The position numbers were made by a program, and so were the translations under genes. From Holosporales bacterium (GTDB lineage: Bacteria; Pseudomonadota; Alphaproteobacteria; Paracaedibacterales; CANFPP01), in NCBI GenBank assembly GCA_947449005.1, contig CANFPP010000002.1:30781-94780 (forward strand): DNA of 64,000 nt. Direction: 5' to 3'. A model generated the notes under the pieces. The model saw nothing but the letters and a program-made list of their open reading frames with translations, was not told the DNA's origin and did no database searches. Positions 54,361 to 63,368 of this stretch are shown here, one piece after another (position 1 is the stretch's first letter; every line of letters starts with the position of its first letter).

Positions 54361-55269
54361 CAACGTATCCTCATCATAAAATTAGGTGCCTTAGGGGACA
54401 TCGTGCAGGCTGTGAGCGCGTTTTCGGCAATCCGAGAACACCATCCAAAGGCTAATATCACGATATTAACCAGGCCCTTATATCAAGATCTCATAGCGAA
54501 GATGGGGTTCTTTGATGAGGTCTGGATAGATGAACGTCCGAAGCTTACTCAAATTAATAAGTGGTTGAAGCAAAGATCTCGATTGCAGTCTGGCAATTTT
54601 GATAGGGTTTATGATCTGCAAGGCGTAACACGAACCAATCTGTATTTCTGGAGCTTAACGAAGCGTCCTGAATGGGTTGGAATGGCACGTGGATGCTCTC
54701 ATCCTTATCCGCAAAAAGATCCGCATCGTCAACATCCTCAAGAACGATTTAAAACGCAGCTTGTTCTGGTTGGTATTCAATCTCTGTCCTCAATTGATCT
54801 CTCATTTTTAGCATCTGAGATTGATCAATTTGCCGTGCATTCACCTTATGCTTTGCTTATCCCAGGTGCTTCAAATGCGCATGGGGGGAAAAAACGATGG
54901 CCTCTTCTAAAATATGCTGAAATTGCTTGCTACCTAAAATCAAAAAATATCTTGCCGGTAATTATAGGTGGTGCCAATGAAGATAACTCTTTAATAGGCC
55001 AGCTTTGTGCGGAGGCTCTCGATCTAACTGGAAAAACCAGTTTCATCGATATAATTTCTTTGGCAAAAAATGCATTATTTTCAATTGGAAATGACACAGG
55101 ACCAATGCTACTTTGCCATGCAGCTGGTTGTAAAACACTCACTTTATTCTCAAGTGTAAACCCGCCATTAATTGGGGGAGCGAGAGGCGTTGGTGCAGAG
55201 CAGTTATTTTGTGATGACCTTAATCAATTAAGTGTTCAAACTGTTATTAATGCTATTGATTTCTTCTAA
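54358..55269 (+). CDS. Glycosyltransferase family 9 (LPS heptosyltransferase-like)
   Basis: MQRILIIKLGALGDIVQA..., a typical GT9 N-terminus, and GNDTGPMLLCHAAGCKTLTLF. Confidence 0.8.
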   Translation: MQRILIIKLGALGDIVQAVSAFSAIREHHPKANITILTRPLYQDLIAKMGFFDEVWIDERPKLTQINKWLKQRSRLQSGNFDRVYDLQGVTRTNLYFWSLTKRPEWVGMARGCSHPYPQKDPHRQHPQERFKTQLVLVGIQSLSSIDLSFLASEIDQFAVHSPYALLIPGASNAHGGKKRWPLLKYAEIACYLKSKNILPVIIGGANEDNSLIGQLCAEALDLTGKTSFIDIISLAKNALFSIGNDTGPMLLCHAAGCKTLTLFSSVNPPLIGGARGVGAEQLFCDDLNQLSVQTVINAIDFF

Positions 55270-56091
55270 AGTCAGGCCTGTTGCATTTATAATAATGGTG
55301 TTATCAATTTTCTGAGCGAGAAGATTTCTAGCAATCTCTATTTTTTCTTCCATCTTTCCTTTTTCTATTCCTTTTTGATTTGTAACTTCAAGAGTGTTCT
55401 CAACATCTACAATCGCTAGTGCTGCATCTTCATAAGCAAGCATTTCTGATTCACTCCAAGTATAGCGCTCTAATGTATGGTAAGCTTCTTCAATAGGGGT
55501 GCCTTGAAAAATTCTCGGAATTTCTCTGTCTTTATCCGCATGCCTTAGGAAGTAAATCCATTTTTCTTCAATAGTTTCGAGTTCATGTTCTTGTTTTATG
55601 AATTTAGGGAGCTCAATAAACGTAAAAGAAAAATCTTTTAAATCATGTTCATAACTCGATGTATCCAAAATCAAATGGTCTGATTTATATGACTCTTTGT
55701 CTGGAAAGAGGACATGGTCAGCAATCGCTAAGAAAATAACCTGGTTCAGCTTTGGGTATTCTTCTCCACGTTCTAGCTGTCCTGTGTAGGTTTTTGCGGC
55801 ATAATATTGGGCCCGTTTGTCAAATCCTGCGACATGAGAAATCTGCATCTCTACAATATATCGAATATTTCTGGCATCTTTACATAAGATGTCGACAATG
55901 CTTTGTTTTGCACCAAAAGTTTTGGGAGCCTGGATAGGATTAAGAAAATCAACCTGCTCGATAATTTTATCGCCAGTGAGATTCAAAACTCCATTAAGAA
56001 AATCTATTAATAAATCCTTGTGATCCTCGTTACCAAAGATTTTTTTAAAGGCAACGTCATTTTTGGGGTTTAAGTATTTACTTTGCGTCAT
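55228..56091 (-). CDS. Rpn-family recombination-promoting nuclease / PD-(D/E)XK putative transposase (YhgA-like)
   Basis: The family signature KYLNPKNDVAFKKIFGNEDHKDLLIDFLNGVL, the nuclease core IVDILCKD...YIVEMQ, and a helical C-terminal tail. Its 3' end overlaps the convergent GT9 3' end by 42 nt. Confidence 0.75.
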   Translation of the reverse strand: MTQSKYLNPKNDVAFKKIFGNEDHKDLLIDFLNGVLNLTGDKIIEQVDFLNPIQAPKTFGAKQSIVDILCKDARNIRYIVEMQISHVAGFDKRAQYYAAKTYTGQLERGEEYPKLNQVIFLAIADHVLFPDKESYKSDHLILDTSSYEHDLKDFSFTFIELPKFIKQEHELETIEEKWIYFLRHADKDREIPRIFQGTPIEEAYHTLERYTWSESEMLAYEDAALAIVDVENTLEVTNQKGIEKGKMEEKIEIARNLLAQKIDNTIIINATGLTLEEINSINNSLNT

Positions 56092-56231
56092 CGTTGGCTT
56101 CCATCATTTTTATATATTTTATAACATATGCATTTCAGAAGTTCATCCGAAAAATTATCTAGCCACCCCCTTGATATGTAAAGCGTGCGTTCTACTTTGT
56201 ATTATGGAACCCTCTACAAAGGAGAAGAAAT

Positions 56232-56819
56232 ATGCTTACAAGATCAGTTTTTTTATTAGGTACTGCGCTTTTATGCGTTTCATTGAGCCAAGCGAAAGTG
56301 TCGCTTGTAGAGGATCATGATCCTGGAATCATTCGAAGAGCAATGTCGGCTGTAACAGGATTTGTCATGGGGATGGAATTGTTTCCCAAGTATTCAGATG
56401 TGCAAGACGTAGGATCAAAGACATTAAAGGCAAAATCTACGAAAGAGCTTTTCGAGAAGGCGTATTTAAGTGAGGGGCACCCCGCAAAAGACTTTGCTCC
56501 AAAAACACAAGTTCAAGAAGGTGTGGATCTTAACTCTGAATCGCTTTTAGAAGGTTTATATCCTTCTTTTAAGCAGGTCGACAAAGAAGCTCATCATACT
56601 CAAGAGATTGAAGCTGAGATGAAAGCACATTCAACAACTTCATCAACAAATTTCAAGCAAACAGAAAAAGCTCAGGCAGATCTTGATAGAGAATCTAACA
56701 TCTATAATTCTGTCGCTGTTCAAACATCAGAAGCTATTAGAAGTGAAGTTTTACCTCCTCTTCAATCAGTGTCAGCAGCAGATCAGTACAGATACAGTGC
56801 CATTATTTCAGTCGGCTGA
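56232..56819 (+). CDS. Secreted hypothetical protein
   Basis: Strong RBS (aaggagaagaaatATG) and signal peptide MLTRSVFLLGTALLCVSLSQA. No recognisable domain. Confidence 0.55.
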   Translation: MLTRSVFLLGTALLCVSLSQAKVSLVEDHDPGIIRRAMSAVTGFVMGMELFPKYSDVQDVGSKTLKAKSTKELFEKAYLSEGHPAKDFAPKTQVQEGVDLNSESLLEGLYPSFKQVDKEAHHTQEIEAEMKAHSTTSSTNFKQTEKAQADLDRESNIYNSVAVQTSEAIRSEVLPPLQSVSAADQYRYSAIISVG

Positions 56820-56892
56820 TAGTGTTTGTTTTCTACAGTAATTGCTTCTTCTTGATGCGATTGCCTATTTAGATCCGCTCTCCCCATCCCAC

Positions 56893-56925
56893 TGTCATCC
56901 CCGGGTTAGCCCCGGGGATCTCATG
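56893..56925 (+). repeat. E-hairpin element
   Basis: tgtcATCCCCGGGttagcCCCGGGGATctcatg. Confidence 0.75.
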
Positions 56926-57227
56926 TGACCGCTCCTCCCAAAACATAATTACGGCCACTATTTTTCTTTGACTTTTTTTTGTTTTTTGATTTATTCTTTA
57001 CCTGTAATCGACAAGAATACGAGGTTTTTTAAAGAAAAATAATAACTCAAAAATCCATTAAACTCTCAACATCACATGACCGGAATATGATAAGAAGTTT
57101 TCTGAATTCAAAGTTATTAGCCGGATTTTCTTAGAAAATAGAGTCTCCATTAATGATGGGCTCTTCTCCTACTCGCCTCGTATTAGTGTTGGTCTACCTT
57201 TAAGTAAGTAAAATTACGTGAAGCGGT

Positions 57228-57719
57228 GTCTGCTGCGTTTAAGGGTAGAGGAGTACAGATGGTCTTTTGAAGGATTCTGCCCGCTCATTGTCATCCTGGA
57301 AAGTTGGTGAGTTCCAAGCTTTTATGTCATCCTAGTGCTTGACACTAGGATCTCATGCAGCGGCTTATCACACTTACGCAGGATCTCATGAAACAGAGTC
57401 ACATAAAAAAATCGTATGATGGGGAAGAGTTAGAGGTGAAGCAGAGCGGCCTTGATTGCTGAGGTAATGACCAGGCTTCATCCCTGGGTGTACGGGGTCA
57501 ACGTTACGCCGTCGGTTTTGGCAAAATAACCGATCCGCCAATCTGGGTAAGTGATTGGGCTGCATCTTAGCTAAGTAGATGCGCCGTGCGAGCTGGCTTA
57601 ATGCTCGAACAGGCCTTAAAAAGTCGAAGCCTATGTGTACTTGGTGACAGGCACAGCCTTGGGTGAGCTAAATCATCCCAACCCACTTGAACCTCAAAAA
57701 TTCAAGAAACGCAGCAGAC
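57228..57719. other. 492-bp segment closed by perfect 13-bp inverted repeats. It contains a nested E-element and a GC-richer core of about 320 bp. Nature unknown (decayed mobile element, pseudogene or structured RNA).
   Basis: gtctgctgcgttt (57228..57240) and aaacgcagcagac (57707..57719). There is no intact ORF of 60 aa or more. One plus-strand frame reads through with only three stops. Confidence 0.4.
57289..57390 (+). repeat. Composite E-element: a long form with a short E-hairpin apparently nested inside
   Basis: The long form starts tgtcatcctggaaagttggtgagttccaagc and ends gcaggatctcatg (57381..57390). The internal short copy tgtcATCCTAGTGcttgaCACTAGGATctcatg is at 57325..57357. Confidence 0.6.
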
Positions 57720-57840
57720 TCTTTCCCATGGACTTCCACTTTAAAAGATCCGGGGGATCTTAAAAGTATAAAAGTTCATCGGAAAGAATAAAGAAAAGTA
57801 ATTTAAAGTAAAATATAATAAAAATAAATAAAAACAAGCC

Positions 57841-57969
57841 GCCGTCATGTCGAGTACCAAAGGTGCGTGGCCATCCAGAAAAATAAAAATGAATGAAATG
57901 AAACATCCTATACAAGCGTTTAGCTGGATGGCCACACACCTGTGGTGCTCGCCATGACGGCAGTAAGGA
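57841..57969. repeat. Pair of R-units in diverging orientation
   Basis: gccgtcatgtcgagtaccaaaggtgcgtggccatccag (57841..57878, rc) and ctggatggccacacacctgtggtgctcgccatgacggcagtaagga (57924..57969). Confidence 0.8.
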
Positions 57970-58015
57970 TGAAATTTATATTATAAATACTTTTTTTGTA
58001 CTTAAAGTCTGTTTT

Positions 58016-58045
58016 GAGATCCTGGTGTCAAGCACCAGGATGACA
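58016..58045 (-). repeat. E-hairpin element (reverse orientation)
   Basis: gagATCCTGGTGtcaagCACCAGGATgaca. Its reverse complement is tgtcATCCTGGTGcttgaCACCAGGATctc. Confidence 0.75.
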
Positions 58046-58079
58046 GGGGAGGAATAAGATTGTAATCTCATTCTCCAGT

Positions 58080-58147
58080 TGTCATCCTAGACAGCAGGTG
58101 AGTTCCAAGTTTGCTTGGATAACGAGCCACTGATGCAGGATCTCATG
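58080..58147 (+). repeat. E-element, long form
   Basis: tgtcatcctagacagcaggtgagttccaagtttgcttggataacgagccactgatgcaggatctcatg has the same termini as the short form and an internal ccaag/cttgg hairpin. Confidence 0.65.
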
Positions 58148-58173
58148 CCGACAAAAACAAGACACAATCTTTC

Positions 58174-59370
58174 TTAATATCTCATCAAACTCTTCAGCTT
58201 AGAAAAATGTGGAGCAAACTTTGCGTTACCCTTAAGAGCCGCCATAAAATCCTGCATGTTATTGGCTCTAAGACTCAAATCTTCAATTGCAAGTTGATCT
58301 TCGTCATTCAGTATCCAATGCAAAGAAACAGCTGCTCTGTCTCCATCAATAACAACCGGATAAAAGCTTTTGGTTGCATGATACTCAATACCACTGAGTA
58401 TCATGGTATTGTCTGGCGACGAAAGACCATCATGCATATGGCTTTGACCAGCATGAACTTCATTTGATGTGCCGTCCATTGTTACACTTGAATCATCTGA
58501 GAAGATCCCAGCTTGTACTGTTACACTCTGCCCATTCTTTTTAACCCAGGTGTGTGGTCTTAATAATAACTGAGCGCTTGTCCATGGGTTATCCTGCGTT
58601 ATAAAAAATATATCTGTGTTTTGAGGGAGGACATTATGAGATCTTAAAGTATCTTTTATGTTGTTAGGTAAGTTCATATAGGCTGAAACTGGAAGTTTTA
58701 CACTAAAAATGTTTCTAAGCATTCCGAAGTTTCTTCTCTCATCACCACCAGGTTGATAGGGATGAATAATCGGAGCTTCCGATAATCCAAGATATTCATA
58801 ATGAGAGGAAGGATTGACATTAAGATATCTTCTCATTGCTATCGCATTCGTTGCTTTATTGGAATCTTCATTAAAACTATCAAGCACTGGATTTTGTTTA
58901 ATAAAAGGTTGTTTTAAAAACCCCTCCAAAGAAAGAATTTTTCCGCTAAAGGCAGCAATGTGATCTTTTGAAACATGAAGAACACTTCGTGTTTTAGTGA
59001 AACATCTATCCAGCGTTTCTCTAAATATTTCACCCAAATTTCGTCCTGGAATTTTGGAGGCTTCTTGAAGAAACGTAATAATTGTGTACGCATTTAGGAT
59101 GTGTTCTTGTTGCTGAAGTGTGACAATATTGCCTGGTTTATAGAGTCTATCCCACGTATCACTGTGGTTACTTTTAGCAATTTTATCTAAAGATTGAACA
59201 ATAACTTCGCGCTCTTCTGAAGTTGTAATACGACTAGAAAATCCATGTTTTGATCCGTTTATAATTTCAATGCTGTCAATAAAATTACTTGTGCGTAAAT
59301 CTCTAATCGCTGCATTGTCTGCGTGCGACGCACCTATAGAAGCCAACAAAACAACAAACCAGAACTTCAT
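58174..59370 (-). CDS. Secreted hypothetical protein, possible distant member of the paralog family
   Basis: Signal peptide MKFWFVVLLASIGASHA and RBS aagga. Local similarity to family blocks: GSKHGFSSRITTSEEREVIVQSL vs GGKNGFRKTLATPAEREVMVATL, and QEHILNAYTIITFLQ vs KTHLTEVQKIITATH. Confidence 0.55.
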   Translation of the reverse strand: MKFWFVVLLASIGASHADNAAIRDLRTSNFIDSIEIINGSKHGFSSRITTSEEREVIVQSLDKIAKSNHSDTWDRLYKPGNIVTLQQQEHILNAYTIITFLQEASKIPGRNLGEIFRETLDRCFTKTRSVLHVSKDHIAAFSGKILSLEGFLKQPFIKQNPVLDSFNEDSNKATNAIAMRRYLNVNPSSHYEYLGLSEAPIIHPYQPGGDERRNFGMLRNIFSVKLPVSAYMNLPNNIKDTLRSHNVLPQNTDIFFITQDNPWTSAQLLLRPHTWVKKNGQSVTVQAGIFSDDSSVTMDGTSNEVHAGQSHMHDGLSSPDNTMILSGIEYHATKSFYPVVIDGDRAAVSLHWILNDEDQLAIEDLSLRANNMQDFMAALKGNAKFAPHFSKLKSLMRY

Positions 59371-59454
59371 AAAACGATCCTTAATTATATTAGAAACAAT
59401 ACAATGACTATATATCTTACTATATTATCAAACCGTTAATAAAATAATAAAGCT

Positions 59455-60879
59455 CTATTTTTTCTTAAGGGAATTGTATGCTTGTAATGCTTGATCGCGT
59501 GAATGACCAAGATTGACTATGGGCTTGGGATATGTTTTTCCGAGTATAACACCATACTTTTTTAAATCGCTTTCGGATAGCTCCCAAGGCTTGAATAGAT
59601 ATTTGTTTGGTAGCTTGGCTAGTTCAGGAACAAAATGACGAGTATAGGTACCATCTGGGTCAAATTTCTCGCCCTGTAATATGGGGTTAAATATTCTAAA
59701 ATAAGGTGCAGCATCGACTCCTGAACCAGCAACCCACTGCCAACTCGCACTATTACTTGCAAGATCAGCATCGAGTAAACAATCCCAAAACCAATCCTCG
59801 CCATGATGCCAATGCAAAAGTAAATTCTTAATCAGAAAAGAAGCAACAATCATACGAACACGGTTATGCATGTAGCCTGTTTGCCACAGCTCTCGCATGC
59901 CAGCATCAATAATGGGATAACCTGTTTTCCCCTTTTGCCATGCGGCTAAATGAGAGGCATCATCCTGCCATGGAAATTGGTCAAATTTTTCTTGGAAATT
60001 TTTGCGAGGTAGTTCTGGGAAATGATAAAGGAGATAATAAGAAAACTCACGCCACCCCAACTCACTCAGAAAATGATCTAAATCACTTTCTAAACCATCA
60101 ATCATTCCCTTAGCTTGAGCGCAATACCAAGCTTGATTGGGTGATATTTCGCCAAAATGAAGATGCGGTGATAACCTGGAAACATTTTCTTTAGAAGGAA
60201 AATTTCTATCTTCTTTGTAGCCTAACAAAGAATCATCAATGAACTCTGTTAGCCGTTTTTGGGCAGAATCTTCTCCAATTTGCCACTGCAATTCTAATTT
60301 CTTATGCCACTGTACGTCGGATAATAAATTAAGATCATCAATGTTATTCTTACTGACTTTTTCTAATATCAAACTCTCTGGTTTAGGAAGGGGGCGCCTT
60401 GGGGGATTTGCTTGTAAACATCCTTTTCGATAAAAGGGAGTATAAACTTTATAGGAAGAGTTATCTTTCTTTGTTATTTCCCATGGTTCCCAAAGCAATG
60501 ATCCATTGAAGCTTTTGCATTCAATATTCATAGTCTTTAACTGTGCTTTGAGTTCTGAGTCATCTTTTATGCGATAGGGTTCATAACATCTATTCCAATA
60601 AACTGCATTCACTTTTTTTTCTTGAGTCAGTCTTAAGATTATTTCCTTCGATTTTCCGGTATATATATTGAGTTTATTGTCCAGAGACTCATTTAGTTTA
60701 TTTAAGGAATGATGTAGCCACCATCTACTTGCTCCACCAATCTTAAATGCACCAGAACTTTCATCATCTAAGATATAAATTGGTAGCACTGAGCCAGTTC
60801 TTGCTGCTTCAAATAGTCCAGGATTATCTGATATTCTCAGATCTTGTCTGAACCAAAAAATAGTGAGGTTATCAATCAT
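59455..60879 (-). CDS. phrB: Deoxyribodipyrimidine photolyase (class I CPD photolyase/cryptochrome family)
   Basis: IFWFRQDLRISDN, LSPHLHFGEIS, WREFSYYLL, TGYPIIDAGMREL, GYMHNRVRMIVASFL and WQWVAGSG. Confidence 0.9.
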   Translation of the reverse strand: MIDNLTIFWFRQDLRISDNPGLFEAARTGSVLPIYILDDESSGAFKIGGASRWWLHHSLNKLNESLDNKLNIYTGKSKEIILRLTQEKKVNAVYWNRCYEPYRIKDDSELKAQLKTMNIECKSFNGSLLWEPWEITKKDNSSYKVYTPFYRKGCLQANPPRRPLPKPESLILEKVSKNNIDDLNLLSDVQWHKKLELQWQIGEDSAQKRLTEFIDDSLLGYKEDRNFPSKENVSRLSPHLHFGEISPNQAWYCAQAKGMIDGLESDLDHFLSELGWREFSYYLLYHFPELPRKNFQEKFDQFPWQDDASHLAAWQKGKTGYPIIDAGMRELWQTGYMHNRVRMIVASFLIKNLLLHWHHGEDWFWDCLLDADLASNSASWQWVAGSGVDAAPYFRIFNPILQGEKFDPDGTYTRHFVPELAKLPNKYLFKPWELSESDLKKYGVILGKTYPKPIVNLGHSRDQALQAYNSLKKK

Positions 60880-61189
60880 TATTTAGTATAGGAGTAGGGC
60901 CGGTTCCATGCAATAGCCATGCTTCAGTACAGATAATCTTTTCATTTTTGAATGCTTCTAAAAGTTTTTGGGTATATTTTTCATTTATAGAAAATAAAGA
61001 AAGTTCTAATGCTCTTAAAAGTGGTTCTGGAATTTTATGCTTTCTACAAAATTCTTTTCTAGAAAGTAATAGATGCTTTCTCAGAGTATAGATTCGTCTG
61101 CCAACGTCTTTATTATGTTCTTCCAATTTTGTTGTCCAATCTAAAAAGACTATAAATTCAGTTTGAAAACAGAGAGCCTTAAATTCCAT
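60872..61189 (-). CDS. Small putative HTH protein upstream of, and overlapping, the photolyase gene
   Basis: 105 aa. GRRIYTLRKHLLLSRKEFCRKHKIPEPLLRALE resembles a degenerate XRE-type HTH. It overlaps phrB by 8 nt. Confidence 0.35.
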   Translation of the reverse strand: MEFKALCFQTEFIVFLDWTTKLEEHNKDVGRRIYTLRKHLLLSRKEFCRKHKIPEPLLRALELSLFSINEKYTQKLLEAFKNEKIICTEAWLLHGTGPTPILNND

Positions 61190-61348
61190 ATAAAAAAAAT
61201 TGCAAGATACTCTATTGGGGAAAGTCTAAAAATAAATCAATTGCAGGCTTTATTCCATTAGAAAAAACAAGAAGTTTTCTAATAAATCGATACTTTGTAA
61301 AAACCTCTTGATATATCCAAGGAAACCCTATACAACAAGATTAATTAC

Positions 61349-62540
<1,192 letters not shown>

Positions 62541-62551
<11 letters not shown>

Positions 62552-63368
62552 TTTTAACTCCTACGATGAAAATGCCAGCTTGATTTGCCTGTTCGATTGT
62601 ATCGATCATGTTTAAAATCTGTGTAGCCCCTGCTTGGATAGCTATGCCAGCCAGATTTGAAGCTTGCTTGATCGTTGATTCACCGATGGTTGGTAAATCA
62701 ACCAATCGACTTTGCTGTGGTTTTGCAGTTTTAATAAGAACACCACCTTTTCCAGAGCGTCGTAAAAGGTCACAGCGGGCTATTAAAGCCTGAGTGCCCT
62801 CTATTGCCTCAATTCCTAAAACAAGGCCCTCCTGAACGATGATAGCTTGCCCTACGTCGCAAGGGCCCAAAGTTTTTAGGACTTCAATTCCACGGTTAAT
62901 ATCTAACCAATCTTCTTTTGTGGGCTGTATCTTACCTAGGACTCCTTCAGGTGCTAAAAGATTATTAAGAATTTTGCTTATATGCATAATCTTAAATCCT
63001 TCAGACTCTAAAAGAGCAACGACAGATGATAAAAGACCATTATCTCCCTGAATACTCTTCCATCCAATTTTCTTTAGCCATTTGAGACCAGTCCAATCAA
63101 GCTTTAATTCTGACCAAGAAGGACGTTTCATAGCTCCCGCAAAGACAATGTCAGTAACACCTTGCTGTTTTAAAAGCTTTAGGATTTCACCGACAGCACC
63201 AATGTGAACCCAATCATATGTAATGGCTTCAGGAAGGCTTTGAATGAAACTTTGTGGGGTTTGATTATGGAATGCAATGACATGAACCTGCTTATCTTGC
63301 TTAAGGCAGGCTTGGATGATTTTTATGGGTAAATCACCACTACCTGCAAGTAAAGCTAGCTTAGCCAT
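62541..63368 (-). CDS. lpxI: UDP-2,3-diacylglucosamine pyrophosphatase LpxI (DUF1009)
   Basis: MAKLALLAGSGDLPIKII..., GPCDVGQAIIVQEGLVLGIEAIEGT, DLPTIG, and its position between lpxA and lpxB as in alphaproteobacteria. Confidence 0.8.

Noticed and set aside
57391-57719. The GC-richer core was considered as RNase P RNA or tmRNA (including the permuted two-piece alphaproteobacterial form). The reasons were its size, the closing inverted repeat, and a ggaagtcc string on the minus strand.
   Set aside because: There is no GAGGAAAGUCC/ACAGAAnCCGGCUUA pair in a compatible order or position relative to the closing stem. There is no T-arm (GGTTCRANTCC) and no CCA-adjacent acceptor. There is no plausible tag ORF ending in ..AA-stop. 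It is kept only as an unknown segment.
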